DNA of 64,000 nt, from NCBI GenBank assembly GCA_964016885.1, contig OZ024745.1, positions 90,210,001-90,274,000 on the forward strand, read 5' to 3'. This DNA comes from Eledone cirrhosa. Taxonomy: Eukaryota. The position numbers and the translations under genes are program-made. This document shows, in pieces, positions 11,960-27,169 of the stretch. Each line of letters starts with the position of its first letter. Within the stretch, counting starts at the first letter, position 1. A model generated the notes under the pieces. The model was not told where the DNA came from and made no database searches. It saw only the letters and a program-made list of their open reading frames with translations.

Positions 11960-13870
11960 TGTTTCTTTTATTTGCCACTAGGGCATCAAAAGTGGGACAA
12001 GTACAAAGGGGGGGAGTTTACACAAAAAGGCGTCCTCAATAAGGAGGAGGCAATAACAAAATATAAAAATAAAATAAGATATAACAAAAAATAAAATTTA
12101 TAACAAAATCCTCAATAGAGAGGAGGCGCCTTGGGGGGTCGCACACACCCCCGAAAAAAGTGTGCAACCCTTCTCCTCAGGAGCACAGAGAAGGGGTGCT
12201 CCCTTGGTCTTTCATCTTCCTCACCTATAGTCTGATGTAGAGTGAAGGCCCATTCACACGGGCCATTCTCGCCACTTTCACCCATCTTTCATAGAAACGG
12301 CTGGGGTGCAGCACCTCTCTCTCCATCCTGATCCTTCTTCCGAAATGATATCGGAAGAAACGGACCAGTTGTTGGCCAGAGAGAAAGGTGCCTGACCTCA
12401 GTCCTTTCAGACGCGTCCACCATACAACCTCTTTCGCCATGGCTATTACGCACAGAAACACCGCCTCTGCTTCATCTTTGAAGGGGGGAGGCGGCTTGAT
12501 CATTACAATAGACTCGGTGGTCAACCGGATCGGTCCCACCCTTGACAGCAGTTGTTCGACATAGCCCCACAGATCGGCTACGCCCGAGCAGTGTACCAAT
12601 GCGTGTGCAACGGTTTCCTCGTCGCACACGCATCTGGGACAGATCTTTTTGGCGGGGTCCCTACCCGGGCGCCCGTGTCTGTAGAGCCTTTCTCGAACGG
12701 GTAAAGCCCCTAGGTAGCACTGCCAGGCCAGGGACTTCTGGAAGTTGTCCATAGGTCCCGGGCTGAATGTCCTACCGAACAGGCTGGCCAGTTCGTCCTC
12801 CTCCATGTCTAGGGCTTCTCCGAGGGCGTCGTCGCACCTGCTGCGTACCAGCCCTCTATAGAATGTTGCGGTAGAGTCTCCACTGATAACCGGATCCGCC
12901 TGCCAGAGGGCGGTGAGCGCCTGGGCACACTCAGTGTGCCAGGCGCCCAGTTTTCTCGGTCTTTGCTTGACCTAGGATTGCAGCTCGGTGAGTGAGACGA
13001 GTCTGGGAAAGGTTCGTCTCACAAACGAGGCCCACACCGGTTGTCCGGTGAGGAATACGTAGAGGTGCCGTAGCCTTAATGCGTGTTTACGCATCATTAG
13101 CCACGGCATCCCCAGCCCTCCTTTCGAAGGGTGTTGACAGCAGATGGATCTCCTCACCATAGGAGCCCGCCTCTTCCAAAGGAATTGGAAGAGCGCGCGC
13201 TCCATCTTGTGAGGGTTTCCCTTGGGCAGGGCACTACGGTCAGGCGGTAGTAGATGACGGACGCTATGTAGGTGTTCGCCACCTCCGCCCGACCTTTCAG
13301 GGATAGTTTGCAACTGGCCCACTTCTGGGTCAGTGCAAACACCCTGTTCGTAACCTCCGCCCAGTTTTTCTCCACCTGGAGGTCCGGTCCGAACCAGACC
13401 CCGAGCAACTTCACCGGGCCCTCCGTCCAGCGTCCGACGACGCCATCGGAGGGCATCGGTCTGCCCCTCCACGTGCCGAGTTGCAAACCGATCGACTTGT
13501 CCCGGTTCAGCTTAGCCCCTGTGAACTTTTCGTACTCCTCCAGTAAGGTGCCGACCGCGTCGATTTCGGAGGCCGTCGACACCATTACTGTCACGTCATC
13601 GGCGTAGGCCGACACCGCTTTCCGCAATCCCGGTTCCAAAGGGATGCCCTGCAACAACTCCAACTTCCGCAGTAGTGGCTCGAGAGTCAACACATACAGA
13701 AGGGAGGAGAGAGGGCACCCTTGTCGGATGGACCGCGCGATTTTGAACGGCTCCGAGAGGTAGCCGTTCACCTTGACCCTAGAGCAGATGCGGCTGCTGT
13801 GCATAGCAGTGATCCAGCCCCTGAAAACGGGTCCGAAGCCTGCCGCCGCTAGCACCGCATCCAGGTAACC
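11960..13870 (-). mobile_element. Tx1/L1-clade LINE, 5'-truncated copy
   Basis: RT motifs IRQGCPLS and YADD (13154-13855), C-terminal CPRC..ETVAHALVHC (12225-12806). Bounded by (GATA)-type repeats. Confidence 0.93.
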
Positions 13871-13902
<32 letters not shown>

Positions 13903-13904
<2 letters not shown>

Positions 13905-16900
13905 ATTTCTATTTATTTGCCACGAGGGCACAAAAGAAGGGGACATTTACACAGTGGGGGGGTTTACATAAATCGAGTAAAGAAAAAAGGAATAACAATA
14001 ATAATATAACAATAAAAAGTCCTCAAAAGGGAGGGGGCGTGTTGGGGATTGCACATACCCCCGAAAAGTGTGCAACTCTTTTCGCGGGGGAAGCCCAGAG
14101 AGGAGGCGCTCCCCCTTTCCTCTTCACTTCTTCACCTACAGAACAATGTAGAGAGAAGGCCCATTTACACGGGCCATTCTCGCTTCTTTCACCCACCTTT
14201 CATAAAACTGTCTGGGACCAAGCACTTCTCTCTCCATCCTGATTCTTCTTCCGAAGTGGTATCGGAAGAAGTAAACCAGGTGATGGCCGGAGAGAAAGTC
14301 ACCCGACCTCAGACCTTTCAGGCGCGTCCACCACACAACCTCTTTCATCATGGCTATTACGCACAGAAAGACCGCCTCTGCTTCATTTCTGAAGGGAGGA
14401 GGCGGCTTGATGTTCACCACAGACTCGGCGGTTAATCGAATCGGCGCCACACGCGACAGCAGTCGTTCGACGTAGCCCCACAGATCGGCAACGCCCGGGC
14501 AGTGTACCAGTGCATGCGCAACGGTTTCCTCGTCGCGCACGCATCTGGGACAGATCTTTTTCGCGGGATCCCTGCCCGGGCGCCCGTGTCTGTAGAGCTT
14601 TTCTCGAACGGGCAGAGCCCCCCGGTAACACTGCCAGGCTAGGGACCTCTGGAAGTTGTCCATGGGTCCCGGGCCGAAAGTTCTACCGAACAGGCTGGCC
14701 AGTTCGTCCTCCTCCATGCCTAGCGACTCTCCAAGGGTGTCGTCGCCCCTGCTAGCCACCAACCCTCTATAGAATGTCGAGGTGGATTCTCCACTGACAG
14801 TCGGGTCCGCTTGCCAGATAGCCGTGAGCGCCTGGGCACACTCGGTGTGCCAGTTGCCCAGTTTTATCGGTCTTTGCTTCACCCAGGATTGCAGTTCGGT
14901 GAGCGAGACGAACTGTGGGAAGGCTCGCCTCACAAACGGGGCCCACACCGGCTGACCGTTGAGGAATACCTGTAGATGCCGTAGCCTCAATGCGTGCCTA
15001 CGCATCAACAGCCACGGCATACCCAGCCCTCCTTTCGAAGGGTGCTGGCAGCAGATGGATCTCCTCACCATGGGAGGCCGCTTCTTCCAGAGGAACTGGA
15101 AGAGCATGCGTGAGCTTTTCCTTGGGGCAAGGCACGATGGTCAGGCGGTAGTAGATGACGGACGCTATGTAAGCGTTCGTCACCTCCGCCCGACCTTTCA
15201 GTGATAGTTTGCACTTGGCCCACTTCTGGGTCAGCGCAAACACCCTGCTCGTCACCTCGCCCCAATTCTTCTCCACCTGGAGGTCCGGTCCGAACCAGAC
15301 CCCGAGCAGCTTCACCGGGCCCTCCGTCCACCGCCCGACGACACCGTCTAACGGCATCGGTTTGCCCCTCCACGTTCCGAGTTGCAAACCGACTGACTTG
15401 TCCTGGTTCAGCTTAGCCCCCGTCAGCCTTTCGTATTCCTCCAGTAGGGTGGCGATCGCTCCGATTTCCGAGGCGTCCGCCACCATTACTGTTACGTCGT
15501 CGGCATAGGCCGAGACCGCTTTGTGCAATCCCGGTTCCAGGGGTATGCCCCGCAGCAACTCCAACTTCCGCAGCAGTGGCTCGAGAGTCAATACGTACAG
15601 AAGGGAGGAGAGGGGGCACCCCTGTCTGATGGATCGGGTGATTTGAAACGGCTCCGAGAGGTAGCCGTTTACTTTAATCCTAGAGTAGATGTTGCCACTG
15701 TGCATGGCAGAAATCCAGCCCCTGAAAACGGGTCCGAAGCCCGCCGCCGCTAGCACCGCATCCAGGTAACCATGGTCGACCCTATCGAACGCCTTAGATT
15801 GATCCAAGTTGATCAGGGCCCCACCAAAGCCGGGTTCGTAGCCAACCCTCTCTATGATGTATCGCATGAGGTGGAGGTTGTCGTGAATGGACCTGGACGG
15901 GATAGCGCATGTCTGCGCGTCTCCCACCAAACCACCCACCACAAGCGCCAACCTCTTCGCCAACACCTTGGCCAAAATCTGTAACTCTGCATTCAGCAGA
16001 GTTATGGGCCTAAAGTTACTTAAGTCGTCCCCCTTGCTCTCGTCCTTCCTCACTAGCGTGACCACGCCCTTGGTCACAGAACAGGGAATTCTCCCGTTCT
16101 GTTGCCAGTTGCAATAGACAGCCTCGAGGAGTTCGGAGAACAAGACCGGCATAGCTAAATAAAGTTCGTATGGTAGACCATCGAGACCCGGGGATTTGCG
16201 TCTGCTGCATTGGCTGAGCGCTTCCCTGATTTCAGTGGCTGTGATTGGCCTTTCGCAGCACTCCGCTTCGCCGCTCGAAAGACGCGGTAGACCGTCGAGG
16301 TATGGACCGAAGTCCACATCCCCGTCCGGCCCCCCCGCCACCTCCGAACAGTCGAGCAAAGTGCCTTTGAAAGGTCTCGCACATTCGCTCAGGTTCAAGG
16401 ATCACCCGTCCATCCTGGTCTCGCAAAGACCGAATGGTGGATTTAATCCCACTCTTGGCTTCTGTCACGCGGGCCCAGCTAACAGCTTTGGTCCCCTCGT
16501 TTCCTAAAGCACGTATTTTACTTCGGACAACGCAGCCTTCGTGCTTCGCGTCAAAGAACTGGCTCAATGCCGTTCTCGTCGCTAACACTCTGGCTACGTC
16601 TCCGCTCCTAATCGCCTCTTCTAGTTTATCTGTTAACTCCCTTTCCTTCCTATTTCTATTCGCCGCTAGTTCCTTACTGTAACCTATCGAACTTACTCTA
16701 ATCTCTCTCTTTAGAGATACCTACCACCTACTGTTGACGATCGCTCCCGTCAACCGCATCTTAACTAAGCTACTAATCCGGTTTCTGTAATCTTTCTTTG
16801 TCGGTAAGGACAAGTTCATCTTCCAGTAACCGGGACCCTGTCTATGCGTTCTATCAAGGTTGACCACGCAGGTCACTAATTTGTGATCTGAATAGCCAAC

Positions 16901-19596
16901 CATGATCAGTTCTGGACAACTAAATACGTCCCTATCCTTACTCCTAACCAAAAACCTATCTAGGTACGATCTAGATTGTCCACTGCGGTTTGCCCAGGTC
17001 CAGGTTGGCGCAGTTGGACAATCTAGTCGAAATCTATCGACCAGGTCGAATCGATCGAGTAACCCCTTGAGGCTGCTACACCCCCCTCTATCGGGACATG
17101 CCCCTGCATAGTCCCAACGCGCATCTAGGATTCCATTCCAGTCCCCCACTAAAAGCAGGGAACGCGACGTTCCTAGAAAAGTCTCCAGACGCTGGAAGAA
17201 GTCGGCTCTTTCCGCCCCGAAGGGAGCATAAAGACCGACCAGTCTGAAAGCCCCGCCTTCACCGCCTCCGACGTCCAGCACCAGTAATCGACCCCCCGGG
17301 TCCGAGTGAACAATCTGTACGTCGAGAGTCAGACGTTTATCCAGCAGTACGGCAACTCCCCCCCCCCCCCGCCTCCGGGTTGACAGAGAGATGCGTGCAT
17401 CTCAAAGTCATCGAAGGCGGGCGCCAGCTGTCTCACGCTGCTGATCCGACTCTCACAAACAACCATCACATCTATACTTTGTGACCTGAGGTCACTTAGA
17501 AGCTTTGCTTGCTTCCAAGCTGAGCCCAGGCCACGCGCGTTCAAACAGCCAACTCTCAATTGATCTATTTTGGTGTTGAAAGTGAAGAAAGAAAAGCACT
17601 TACCTCTCCGGGTTGCGTAATTTCCATGGCATCAGGTGTGTTGGGTGGAGGGATGTTTTGTGGTGGTGTGGGGGTACACGTGTGTGGTGGGGTTGGGGTA
17701 TTTGGAGTTGTGTCAGGGAGAGGGGCGGTTATGGGGAAATATTTCAAGAGGACGCGATTCAACGGTTTTAAACAGGGGGGGCTCACGTCCCGTCTAAATT
17801 GTTCTTTTAAGGAACGATAAAGGTCCAGAGGGACCTTTATCATTTTTAAATGGGTGAAGTTCTCTGTTGAGATAAAGTTTGGCCCTTCGGTCTGCACCAT
17901 AGGGTTATTGTTTATTAATTTAACCAGTTTTTTGTTTTCTTTATTTATATATGTGTATTGCAACGTCTTTTTTTGTGATGCTGTCAATGTTTCGGAGAGG
18001 GGAGGCGCAGATTTATTTTTGTTTGTTGAGGGTGGGGTGTTTTTGATTGGAGTTGGTGTTTGTGTGTGGGTTATTTGTGGTGTGCTGGGTGTGTGTTTTC
18101 TTTTTTTTCTTTTAACTTGTCTGAAGGCTTCCCCTCCTTCTTCTTCAGAAGTTGGGGGAAACTCTTCAGCGCTAGGTGGGAGGGACGTGTTGTGTGGTTG
18201 TTTTTTTTTGCGGGAGGGGTAGATTTGTTACTATTTTTTTTATTATTTGTTTGGAATGGGTTTTGTGGTGGTGGTGGTAATGTTTGTGTCGTGCTTGTGG
18301 TTGGTGATGGTGGTGGTGATGTTTGTGTTGTGGTTGGTGGTGGTGATTTTTGTGTCGTGCTTGTGTTTGGTGCTGGTGGTGGTGATGTTTGTGTTGTGTT
18401 TGTGGTTGGTGGTGTCTGTATTTTGTTTGCTGTGTGTGGTATTAGTGTATTTTTGGAGGTGGGTGGTGTTGGTGTACTGTTTGTGGTGGGTGTGGGCAAT
18501 AGTCCTTTTTGGGGGATACGTTTCGGGCAGTTAGCCTTAACGTGTCCCCTTTCCATGCATAAATAGCATGCTGGTCTTCTCCCCTCTACAATTATGTCTA
18601 TTGGGGTAAGGTCATCCAGCCAGATGCGATCCGGGATTTGTGCTATTCTTTCGGGCCTCATTTGGACTAGTATGTCGAGGCCCATTCCCAGGAACGCATC
18701 TCCAGTTGCCTTCCCCATTGACAGCATTGTGTCTTCGCCCATATCAATGAAGCCAGCAATAGCCCACCAGAAGTCCATTGTGGGCAGCATTGTTTTTACT
18801 TTTACTCTCTGTGTTCTTCTACCCATGTAGGAAGGATAGAAGCTATATGTTGTCGATGAGAGTGGGCTTAGGGAAAGCTTCTCCGCCGTTTCTTTGTCTC
18901 TTGTTAGGACCGAAATGCTGCCATAGAGTCGGTCCTTTCGTATGAAGAGAATATTCTTCATATAGTCTTTTAGGACTAACTCTATTTCCATTTGGCTGGG
19001 CTGTGCTGGCTTTCTTGTCTGGTTCAGTATAGTTCTGTAGAGAACTGTGTTTTCTGCTCTGGCTTTCTTGAATTCTGGGGGGGAGTTAATGGAAAACATT
19101 CCGTTCTCCCCCAAAACAATGTGTTTCTTTGCTTCGGCCAGTTTTTCTCTGGCGGCAGTTAGGTCAATTGGTGTGTATGTAATGGATTGTTTTGTTTTCT
19201 GGGCGAAAGTTGCCCTGTCGTTATTTGTATTATTTTCTGTTTGTTTGTTTTCTGTTTGCTCATTTTCCTTAACATTTGTTTTTTCATTTTCTTTGTTTGT
19301 TTCAATGTCTAATTTTGTTGTAATTATTTTTTGTTCTTCAGACTTGGGGGGCGTGGCAGAGCTAATGGCAGACATGTCTGCCATCTTTTCCGCCATGCTG
19401 CCAAGAAAGAAATTTTTCGGCAAAAATAGATATTTATTTTACCCCCTAAAAAGGGGGTAAATGCAAAAATGTTTCCCTAAATAACAGGGGTTAGTGTTCC
19501 AAATGTGTTGCACTGAAAAATTTATCCGGTACTTACAATAGTAAGGGTAAATCCCGATGGAATAGCGGAGCCGATGTGAAGCGTGTCTTACTCTAT
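13903..19596 (-). mobile_element. Near full-length Tx1/L1-clade LINE (ORF1, APE-RT ORF2) with a few frameshifts and stops
   Basis: ORF1 18071-19423 has a CYLCMERGHVKANC knuckle. APE motifs CLNARGL, GDWN, YLDR, SDH (16721-17559). RT 14998-16398, C-terminus 14136-15107. (GATA)n at both ends. Confidence 0.95.
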
Positions 19597-19597
19597 C

Positions 19598-19651
<54 letters not shown>

Positions 19652-20158
19652 TACAGGGTGTTCCATAAAATATATACACATTTCAACAGTATTCTAATAA
19701 ATATGTGTATACATTTTTGGGACAACCTGTATATATTGATATAGATATAGATATAGCTAGATAGAGAGTGGGTGTGTGTGAGAGTGAGAGAAGGGGAGGG
19801 AGAGAGAGAGAGAAAGAAAGAAATGATTTCTATAGAACTAGAACTGCTTTATGCGAATGAAGGGACTTGGAGGGACCTTACGAAATCATTTAAATTGTCA
19901 CAAGTTTATGACTGCAGGAAAGACATATCGTATGTGGGAATTCCAAAGAGCCGACGTTCTCTGGACGAAATATTAGGTCTGGGAATGTGAACAGAGAGTG
20001 AGTGATGAGAGAATGAAAGACACGTATGTTGATAATACCCTACTAGAAATAGTACGATGCCAGCAAGATGGTTGGATAACATCCATGAGCTTGGTTGATC
20101 TCACTTGTAGATCCAGTAGTGTTAGTTGGAGCCGGTTGCTTTTCCCACGACCCCCTCA

Positions 20159-20353
20159 AGAAGAAGAAGAAGAAGAAGAAGAAGAAGAAGAAGAAGAAGA
20201 AGAAGAAGAAGAAGAAGAAGAAGAAGAAGAAGAAGAAGAAGAAGAAGAAGAAGAAGAAAAAGAAAAAGAAGAAGAAGAAGAAGAAGAAGAAGAAGAAGAA
20301 GAAGAAGAAGAAGAAGAAGAAGAAGAAGAAGAAGAAGAAGAAGAAGAAGAAGA
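20159..20353. repeat. (GAA)n microsatellite
   Basis: Long GAA run with two GAAAAA interruptions. Confidence 0.98.
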
Positions 20354-20710
20354 CACAACATTATGGAACATACAACCAAATCTCCCACCTTAATGATTTA
20401 TTCATCTTTGAGAAACGCAGAATACTAAACAGTAATTCTAAGTTTATAAAAAAAGTAACCAAAAATAACAAAGCAATCGACACAGTACATTGAATAAACA
20501 TAATAGTTTCACGCTTGAAATAGCAAGAGAAGAGTCTTAACGTTTCGGGCACTAGTCCTTCATAAAAAGATAGAATTAGAAATAAAAGATAAGATAGAGA
20601 GATAAAGAGTGAGAAGAGGAATAAATGGGATAGAAAAATTGAAAAAAAAAAGGGAAAAAAACGTGCGTATTCAGTCAGTCCTAATTTTACTTCATTTGAT
20701 ACAAACTTTC

Positions 20711-20903
20711 TAAGGACGGTAGATTGGCAGTATCGGTAGAGGGTCGGATCCAAGCTTTGACTCATAGAGTTACGGTCTTTGCCATTCTGAGTTCAAATCC
20801 CGCCAAGGTTAATTTTGCCTTTCATCCTTACGGGGTCGATAAAATAAAGTACCAGTAATGTACTGGTTATTGCTGGCCTTGTGCCAAAAGTAGAAACAAT
20901 TTT
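20711..20903 (+). mobile_element. tRNA-derived SINE with 12-bp TSD
   Basis: B-box GAGTTCAAATCCC, core gcctttcatccttacggggtcgataaaataaagtaccag. TSD atacaaactttc at 20699-20710 and 20904-20915. Confidence 0.9.
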
Positions 20904-21182
20904 ATACAAACTTTCATTTTTACTGAAGAATTACACAACACCTAAATGTTCATTTTTTATGCATATGCATAAAAAATTAACAATTAGGTCTTTCGTGGTA
21001 AAAATTAGTATAGTTACGCCCTAACTCTTTCGTCTATTTCGTTTTAAGAATTTTTATAATTAATTAGTACTTTAGACATTTACATAGCTTTCCCATATAG
21101 TATATTATATATTACATTATATTATATTATATTACATTATATTTTTGATCAAACCTTTATCATCTCATTTATTTCTGCTTCC

Positions 21183-21540
21183 AGGTAAATAAATATGTTC
21201 ACTTTTCACCTAATTCTGTTTAATTGACTGTATATCTGGGCGATTCATACACGCTGTCGAAATATTCGATAAATATTCCGTCGCAGCCGGTGCGAAGGGC
21301 TGATTTCGGTTATTTGTCGGAGATTTCTTCATAGAAGCCTTTATCCTTATAGATTGGTCTAATCGATTTTTTATATGGTTAATTATGCTAATTGGGAGAG
21401 GAAATGGTATATATTTTATCGGGTGATTCTATAGACATGTTTTATGATATATAGCTCTGATTATTTAAATTATTAACTTTTCATTGAGCCACAAAGTGAC
21501 CCGTTGCAAAACACGTATATATATATATATGTAAACCTTT
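21183..21540 (+). repeat. Circularly permuted copy of the 39027-39681 unit
   Basis: 21183-21447 matches 39409-39681 and is followed directly by 21453-21536, which matches 39028-39124. Confidence 0.8.
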
Positions 21541-21594
21541 ATATATATATATATATATATAGTTAAAAGAATAGAGGTGTAACACACAAGTTAT

Positions 21595-22124
<530 letters not shown>

Positions 22125-22510
22125 CTCTTTAAAAGAACATAATACGCAATAAAGCCTTTCTTCTTTCGTTTACTCCACTCCTTTCTTTCCACTCACCTTC
22201 TCTTACATTTTCAAACACATACATCATTAATACAAAGTTCGTTTCAGTTTTAATCGATAGATATTTTTCATTAATCTTTTCTCCTTCCTCTTCCATCGTT
22301 ATTCCCCAATACTGACCTTGCTTTTATTTTCTAGCTATTTTCTTTTTTTCTTTTACTTATATTATTATTTGTTTCTCTTTCAGTTCTTTCTTTCTTTTTT
22401 CTTTTCTTTCGTTCTTTCTTTATTTATTTATTTCTATTTGTTTATCCTTCAGCCGCCTAAGTTTCTATAGATAACCCTTTTATCATCTCTATCGATTAGA
22501 GACTGTAATA

Positions 22511-22644
<134 letters not shown>

Positions 22645-23279
22645 CTGTGTCTGTGTGCGAGCGCATGTGCATATATGCGTATGTGTGTCAGTGTGTGCAT
22701 GTATATGTGAGTATTTGTGTGCTTGTGTCTGTATGTGGGGGTTTGTGTGTGCATGTTTGTGTGCGTGTGTCTGTATGTGTGAGTTTGTGTGTGTGTGCGT
22801 GTATGTGCATGTGTGTGTGGATGTACATGTATGTACATGTGTGCATGCGTGTATGTGTGTGCATGTATGTACGTGTGTATTTACATATATATACACGTCT
22901 TTTATTTGCTACCTTCCTGGTGCCACCATAAACTCAAGTCTTTCTCTCCAATTCCTTTCTTAACCAGATTTATACATTAAAGTCTTTCTATTCTCTCCAC
23001 TTTGGCTGCAATTGAAGTATTTCTTTATTTCCTACATTAACTATATTAACATTAACTTTGCCTTTTCGTTTTCCTCTAGCATGCGCCCTACACAATTTTC
23101 CTTCGGTATTTTCTCTTTGTCACGCACGCCACTTTCTAATACACCATATATATATAAAGATATATATATATATATATGCGTGTGCGTGTGTGTATGTATA
23201 CATACCTATATATATATATATATACATATGTATACATACCTATATATATATATTTAACATATATATGTGTATACATACC

Positions 23280-23330
<51 letters not shown>

Positions 23331-24039
23331 ATATATATATGTGTCTGTATGCGTGTGTGTGTGTGTAGAGAGAGAGGGGGGTATGTTAGCCTATTGTAAG
23401 TTGTTACAACACAGGTTTGACTAATGGTTGAAAACTTTCGGCTTATAAAACTCGAGATATGACACAAATGTTCAGGGTCACCTATACCTATCGTACTAAC
23501 ATCTACCGTTTACACTAACGTCTCACTTTTAGGTCATAGTAACACTGTCATCCGGCATACGACAGTTGTGAGTTCGATTCCCACAAATGTTTCTGCCCTC
23601 ATTTTCCATCTTGGGAGTTTATATGCCCAGCTTTTTCTGCTATTTAATAGTCAAACCTGTGTTGTAGTACAAAATTTGAACTTAGAATGTACAAAGCCAG
23701 ATCAGATGCCGTTTCCTTAACAATTCCGCCAATCCACTGCCGTTTGATTGATACTTTTTTATCGACTTCGAAACGACGAAAGGCAAAGTTAGCCTGGATG
23801 GAATTTGATTACAGGTCTCAGTGAGCCGGAAAAAAATATTATTTCAAGCACAATAGAACTGCTTTCTAAAGTTTATCCTTTTTTATCGTCACTGAAATAG
23901 TTATGCCGTCTTTATTTCATCCCTTTAAGGAGCTCTGACAAGTGTCACACATGGTTCTTATATAAAATAGATTCACAGTTGTATAACTGTAAATATACTT
24001 TAGTTGTAGAAGTGACGTCCGAACGAGTATCCTCCACCA

Positions 24040-24350
24040 TTAACTAACTTACCCTCCACCTCTGGGTCCTGGACGATAGGATAGCGAATGCATTGCCCTG
24101 GAGTACGGTTAGGGAGACGTGCTGCAATAGCCACTCCAACTCGCGGGGGTCGCACCTACGGGCGGCCAGCTCCGCTCCGATAGCAGTGAGCATGGATGTG
24201 GTTCGGGGCCCAAGAACGCCCGAAGTCTCCACTCTTACAGGCTCTACCTCAAAGCTATCCTAGAGTGGCCAATACTTGAACAGTTTGCCCTCTTCGGCTT
24301 GGCAAGCACCAAAGCCTGGGCTGGTAGCCGAACGCACCATACTCCCCTCA
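24040..24350 (-). mobile_element. CRE-clade-like non-LTR RLE 3' fragment
   Basis: PVRVETSGVLGP...DPRELEWLLQHVSLTVLQGNAFAIL resembles the CRE-type RLE C-terminus. Confidence 0.65.
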
Positions 24351-24994
24351 GTAATCCACTATCGAATTAGCTTGGAATTCTGTCCTATTCCTTCATTCTG
24401 CATCTATAAACGACAACAAGCTAATAATATAAAATTCCACATGGGTCTCATTTTTGTTTCCTCCTCTTTCTTCGTCATACATAAAATAGCTTCAAAGAGA
24501 AATAATTCCTTTATAAAACTGAATCTCGTGATATTGAAGTTGTTGGTGTATTTTTTTTTTTTTTTCGTAATGATTATTTAAAGAAAATAACAACTCGTTA
24601 CAAAATAGAAATAAAACCAAAAACGTTTGATTTCGATTTTTATATGTAATTCTGACATTTTCCAGTCATGGAAATGAAACATATTGAATAGTTTGAGCTC
24701 AAGGCAAAAATCAGAGGGAAAGCTGAGATTTTATAATTATAAGGTACATTAATTTGAAGAATATTATTAAAATATCTCTCCTTTTTTTATTGTTTACATT
24801 TTAGAACATTCGTTCAAAGTTTAAAATAGTTTAAATTTAACTGATATAATCTCACACAGACATTCCAATTATTCTATATCAAATGGACTTTAAAGTCTCT
24901 GGACACCCTTCCTTCAATTACGACTACAATGGATTGTCAAAGGCGTTATATTATCGAACAAAATGCCCTGCTGTATTTGATCCCCGTAGGTTAA

Positions 24995-25350
24995 TATTAG
25001 TTTCTGATTTAGACACTAGGCCAGCAATTAGAGAAGAAGAAAGTCGATTAAATGGACCCCAGTGCATTATGGTATTGATACGACATATTACATCCCTTGG
25101 AGCCTAGTATGACGTGCAAGAAATGATTGAAACCAGCTTTATTTTATCGACCTCGTAAGGATGAAAGGCAAAGCTAATCTCGGCGGGATTTGAACTCAAA
25201 CCGTAAAGCGGCGAAACTCTATGCTGATAAGTGTTTCTACTTTTTGGCACAAGGCCAGCAATTACCCCAGTACATTACTGGTGCTTTATTTACCGACCCC
25301 GTAAGGATGAAGCACAAAGTTAACCCCGGCGGGATTTGAACTCAGAACGT
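24995..25350 (-). mobile_element. Two fragmented tRNA-SINE copies
   Basis: ggcgggatttgaactca and aggatgaaggcaaag blocks at ~25140-25200 and ~25232-25350. Confidence 0.8.
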
Positions 25351-25585
25351 AGAAGAAGAAGAAGAAGAAGAAGAAGAAGAAGAAGAAGAAGAAGAAGAAG
25401 AAGAAGAAGAAGAAGAAGAAGAAGGGTTAGTTTTGGGGGTCATTTGCGGGGGCCGAAGATGTCCAAAACATCCTGTGCCTTCTACTGTTAGCTCTACTGA
25501 AACCTCTACTGTTAGCTCCTAAGCCAGGCAATGGAAGCAATTTATTTCATTCATGTTTACGATTGTGTACTTATGTATATATGTA

Positions 25586-25647
<62 letters not shown>

Positions 25648-25650
<3 letters not shown>

Positions 25651-25703
25651 GGCTTCTACGGGACTAGAACTGTTTCATCGGGCGAAATCATCAGGACGCT
25701 ATT
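25648..25703 (-). ncRNA. Diverged hammerhead of the 38783 family
   Basis: Minus strand: agcguc-CUGAUGA-uuucgcccgau-GAAA-CAGUUCUAGUCCCG-UA-gaagcc. Confidence 0.7.
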
Positions 25704-25798
25704 TTTATATTAAATATTTATACTCTGGTGTGTATTGAGTACCTTACTTACTGTGGTTACCCGGGATAAACATATATATACAAACATATATATATATA

Positions 25799-25870
<72 letters not shown>

Positions 25871-25984
25871 CGAGTCAGTGTATGTGTGTATTTGAATGTG
25901 TATGTGTATAGATATCTGTCTTGCGACTTCTCAATTGCGTCTTAACTATCATACTAGTCAGGCTAAACTCCCCCGCTATCTATC

Positions 25985-26043
<59 letters not shown>

Positions 26044-26160
26044 ATCTCACTCTATCTATCACTCTCTCTCTCGCACTCTCTCTGTATCTATCTATCACTC
26101 TCTCTCGCACTCTCTCTGTATCTATCTATCACTCTCTATATATATATATCACTCTCTATA

Positions 26161-26200
<40 letters not shown>

Positions 26201-26646
26201 TTTCACGCCGCTTCCATCCAATTATTCCGTAATGCAACACATACTCACACATACATTCGCTCACATACTCACACACAAGCATACATAAACACACATACTC
26301 ACATATACACACACATATATACTCACACATACTCACACACACATACGCACACGTACTCACACATACATGCGCACACATATATACATACATACACACACTC
26401 ACACACACACATACTCACACATACATAAGCATACATACACACACATACATACGCACACATCCACACATATAAGCAAACTTTCACACACATTCAAACACAT
26501 TCACATACTTACGCCCACATACACACAAGCGCACACATACTCACACATGCATACGCACACATTCACTCATACACACACCCATACACACACATATACACAC
26601 ACATACTCACACATACACACACATGAGCACATATTTAGTCTCGCAT

Positions 26647-26725
<79 letters not shown>

Positions 26726-26982
26726 AAGGAATATATTGAGTTAGAAACTCAAAATAGTCTCTTACCCTAGGAACCTGGTCCCTTACGATTTGAACATATA
26801 TGTCTATATATCTGTGTTTACTTCTCTGTTATATTCAATTATTATTGACAATTCAGCCTGGAGTTAAACTACAAAGCAATTTCTTTTTTTAAACAAGAAT
26901 TTCTGTATTTTGTAAATAAATTGACAGAAACTTACCAGCTAAATTGTGTGCGTCTAGCTATCAGATAGACAGACAGACAGAC

Positions 26983-27050
<68 letters not shown>

Positions 27051-27054
<4 letters not shown>

Positions 27055-27128
27055 TAAAATAACAGATTAAAGTTTAAGCATATATATATATATATATATA
27101 TATGCTTAAACTTTAATCTGTTATTTTA

Positions 27129-27132
<4 letters not shown>
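27051..27132. repeat. Palindrome of the PLE 3'-end motif around a (TA)n core
   Basis: ttattaaaataacagattaaagtttaagca (ta)n tgcttaaactttaatctgttattttaataa. The right arm is identical to 37896-37925. Confidence 0.92.
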
Positions 27133-27166
<34 letters not shown>

Positions 27167-27169
27167 CAA

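Noticed and set aside
19998-20493. Poly-E/K/R/S/L ORFs
   Set aside because: They are translations of a (GAA)n microsatellite.
20722-20805. tRNA gene suggested by a B-box
   Set aside because: No cloverleaf. It is the head of a SINE with a TSD.
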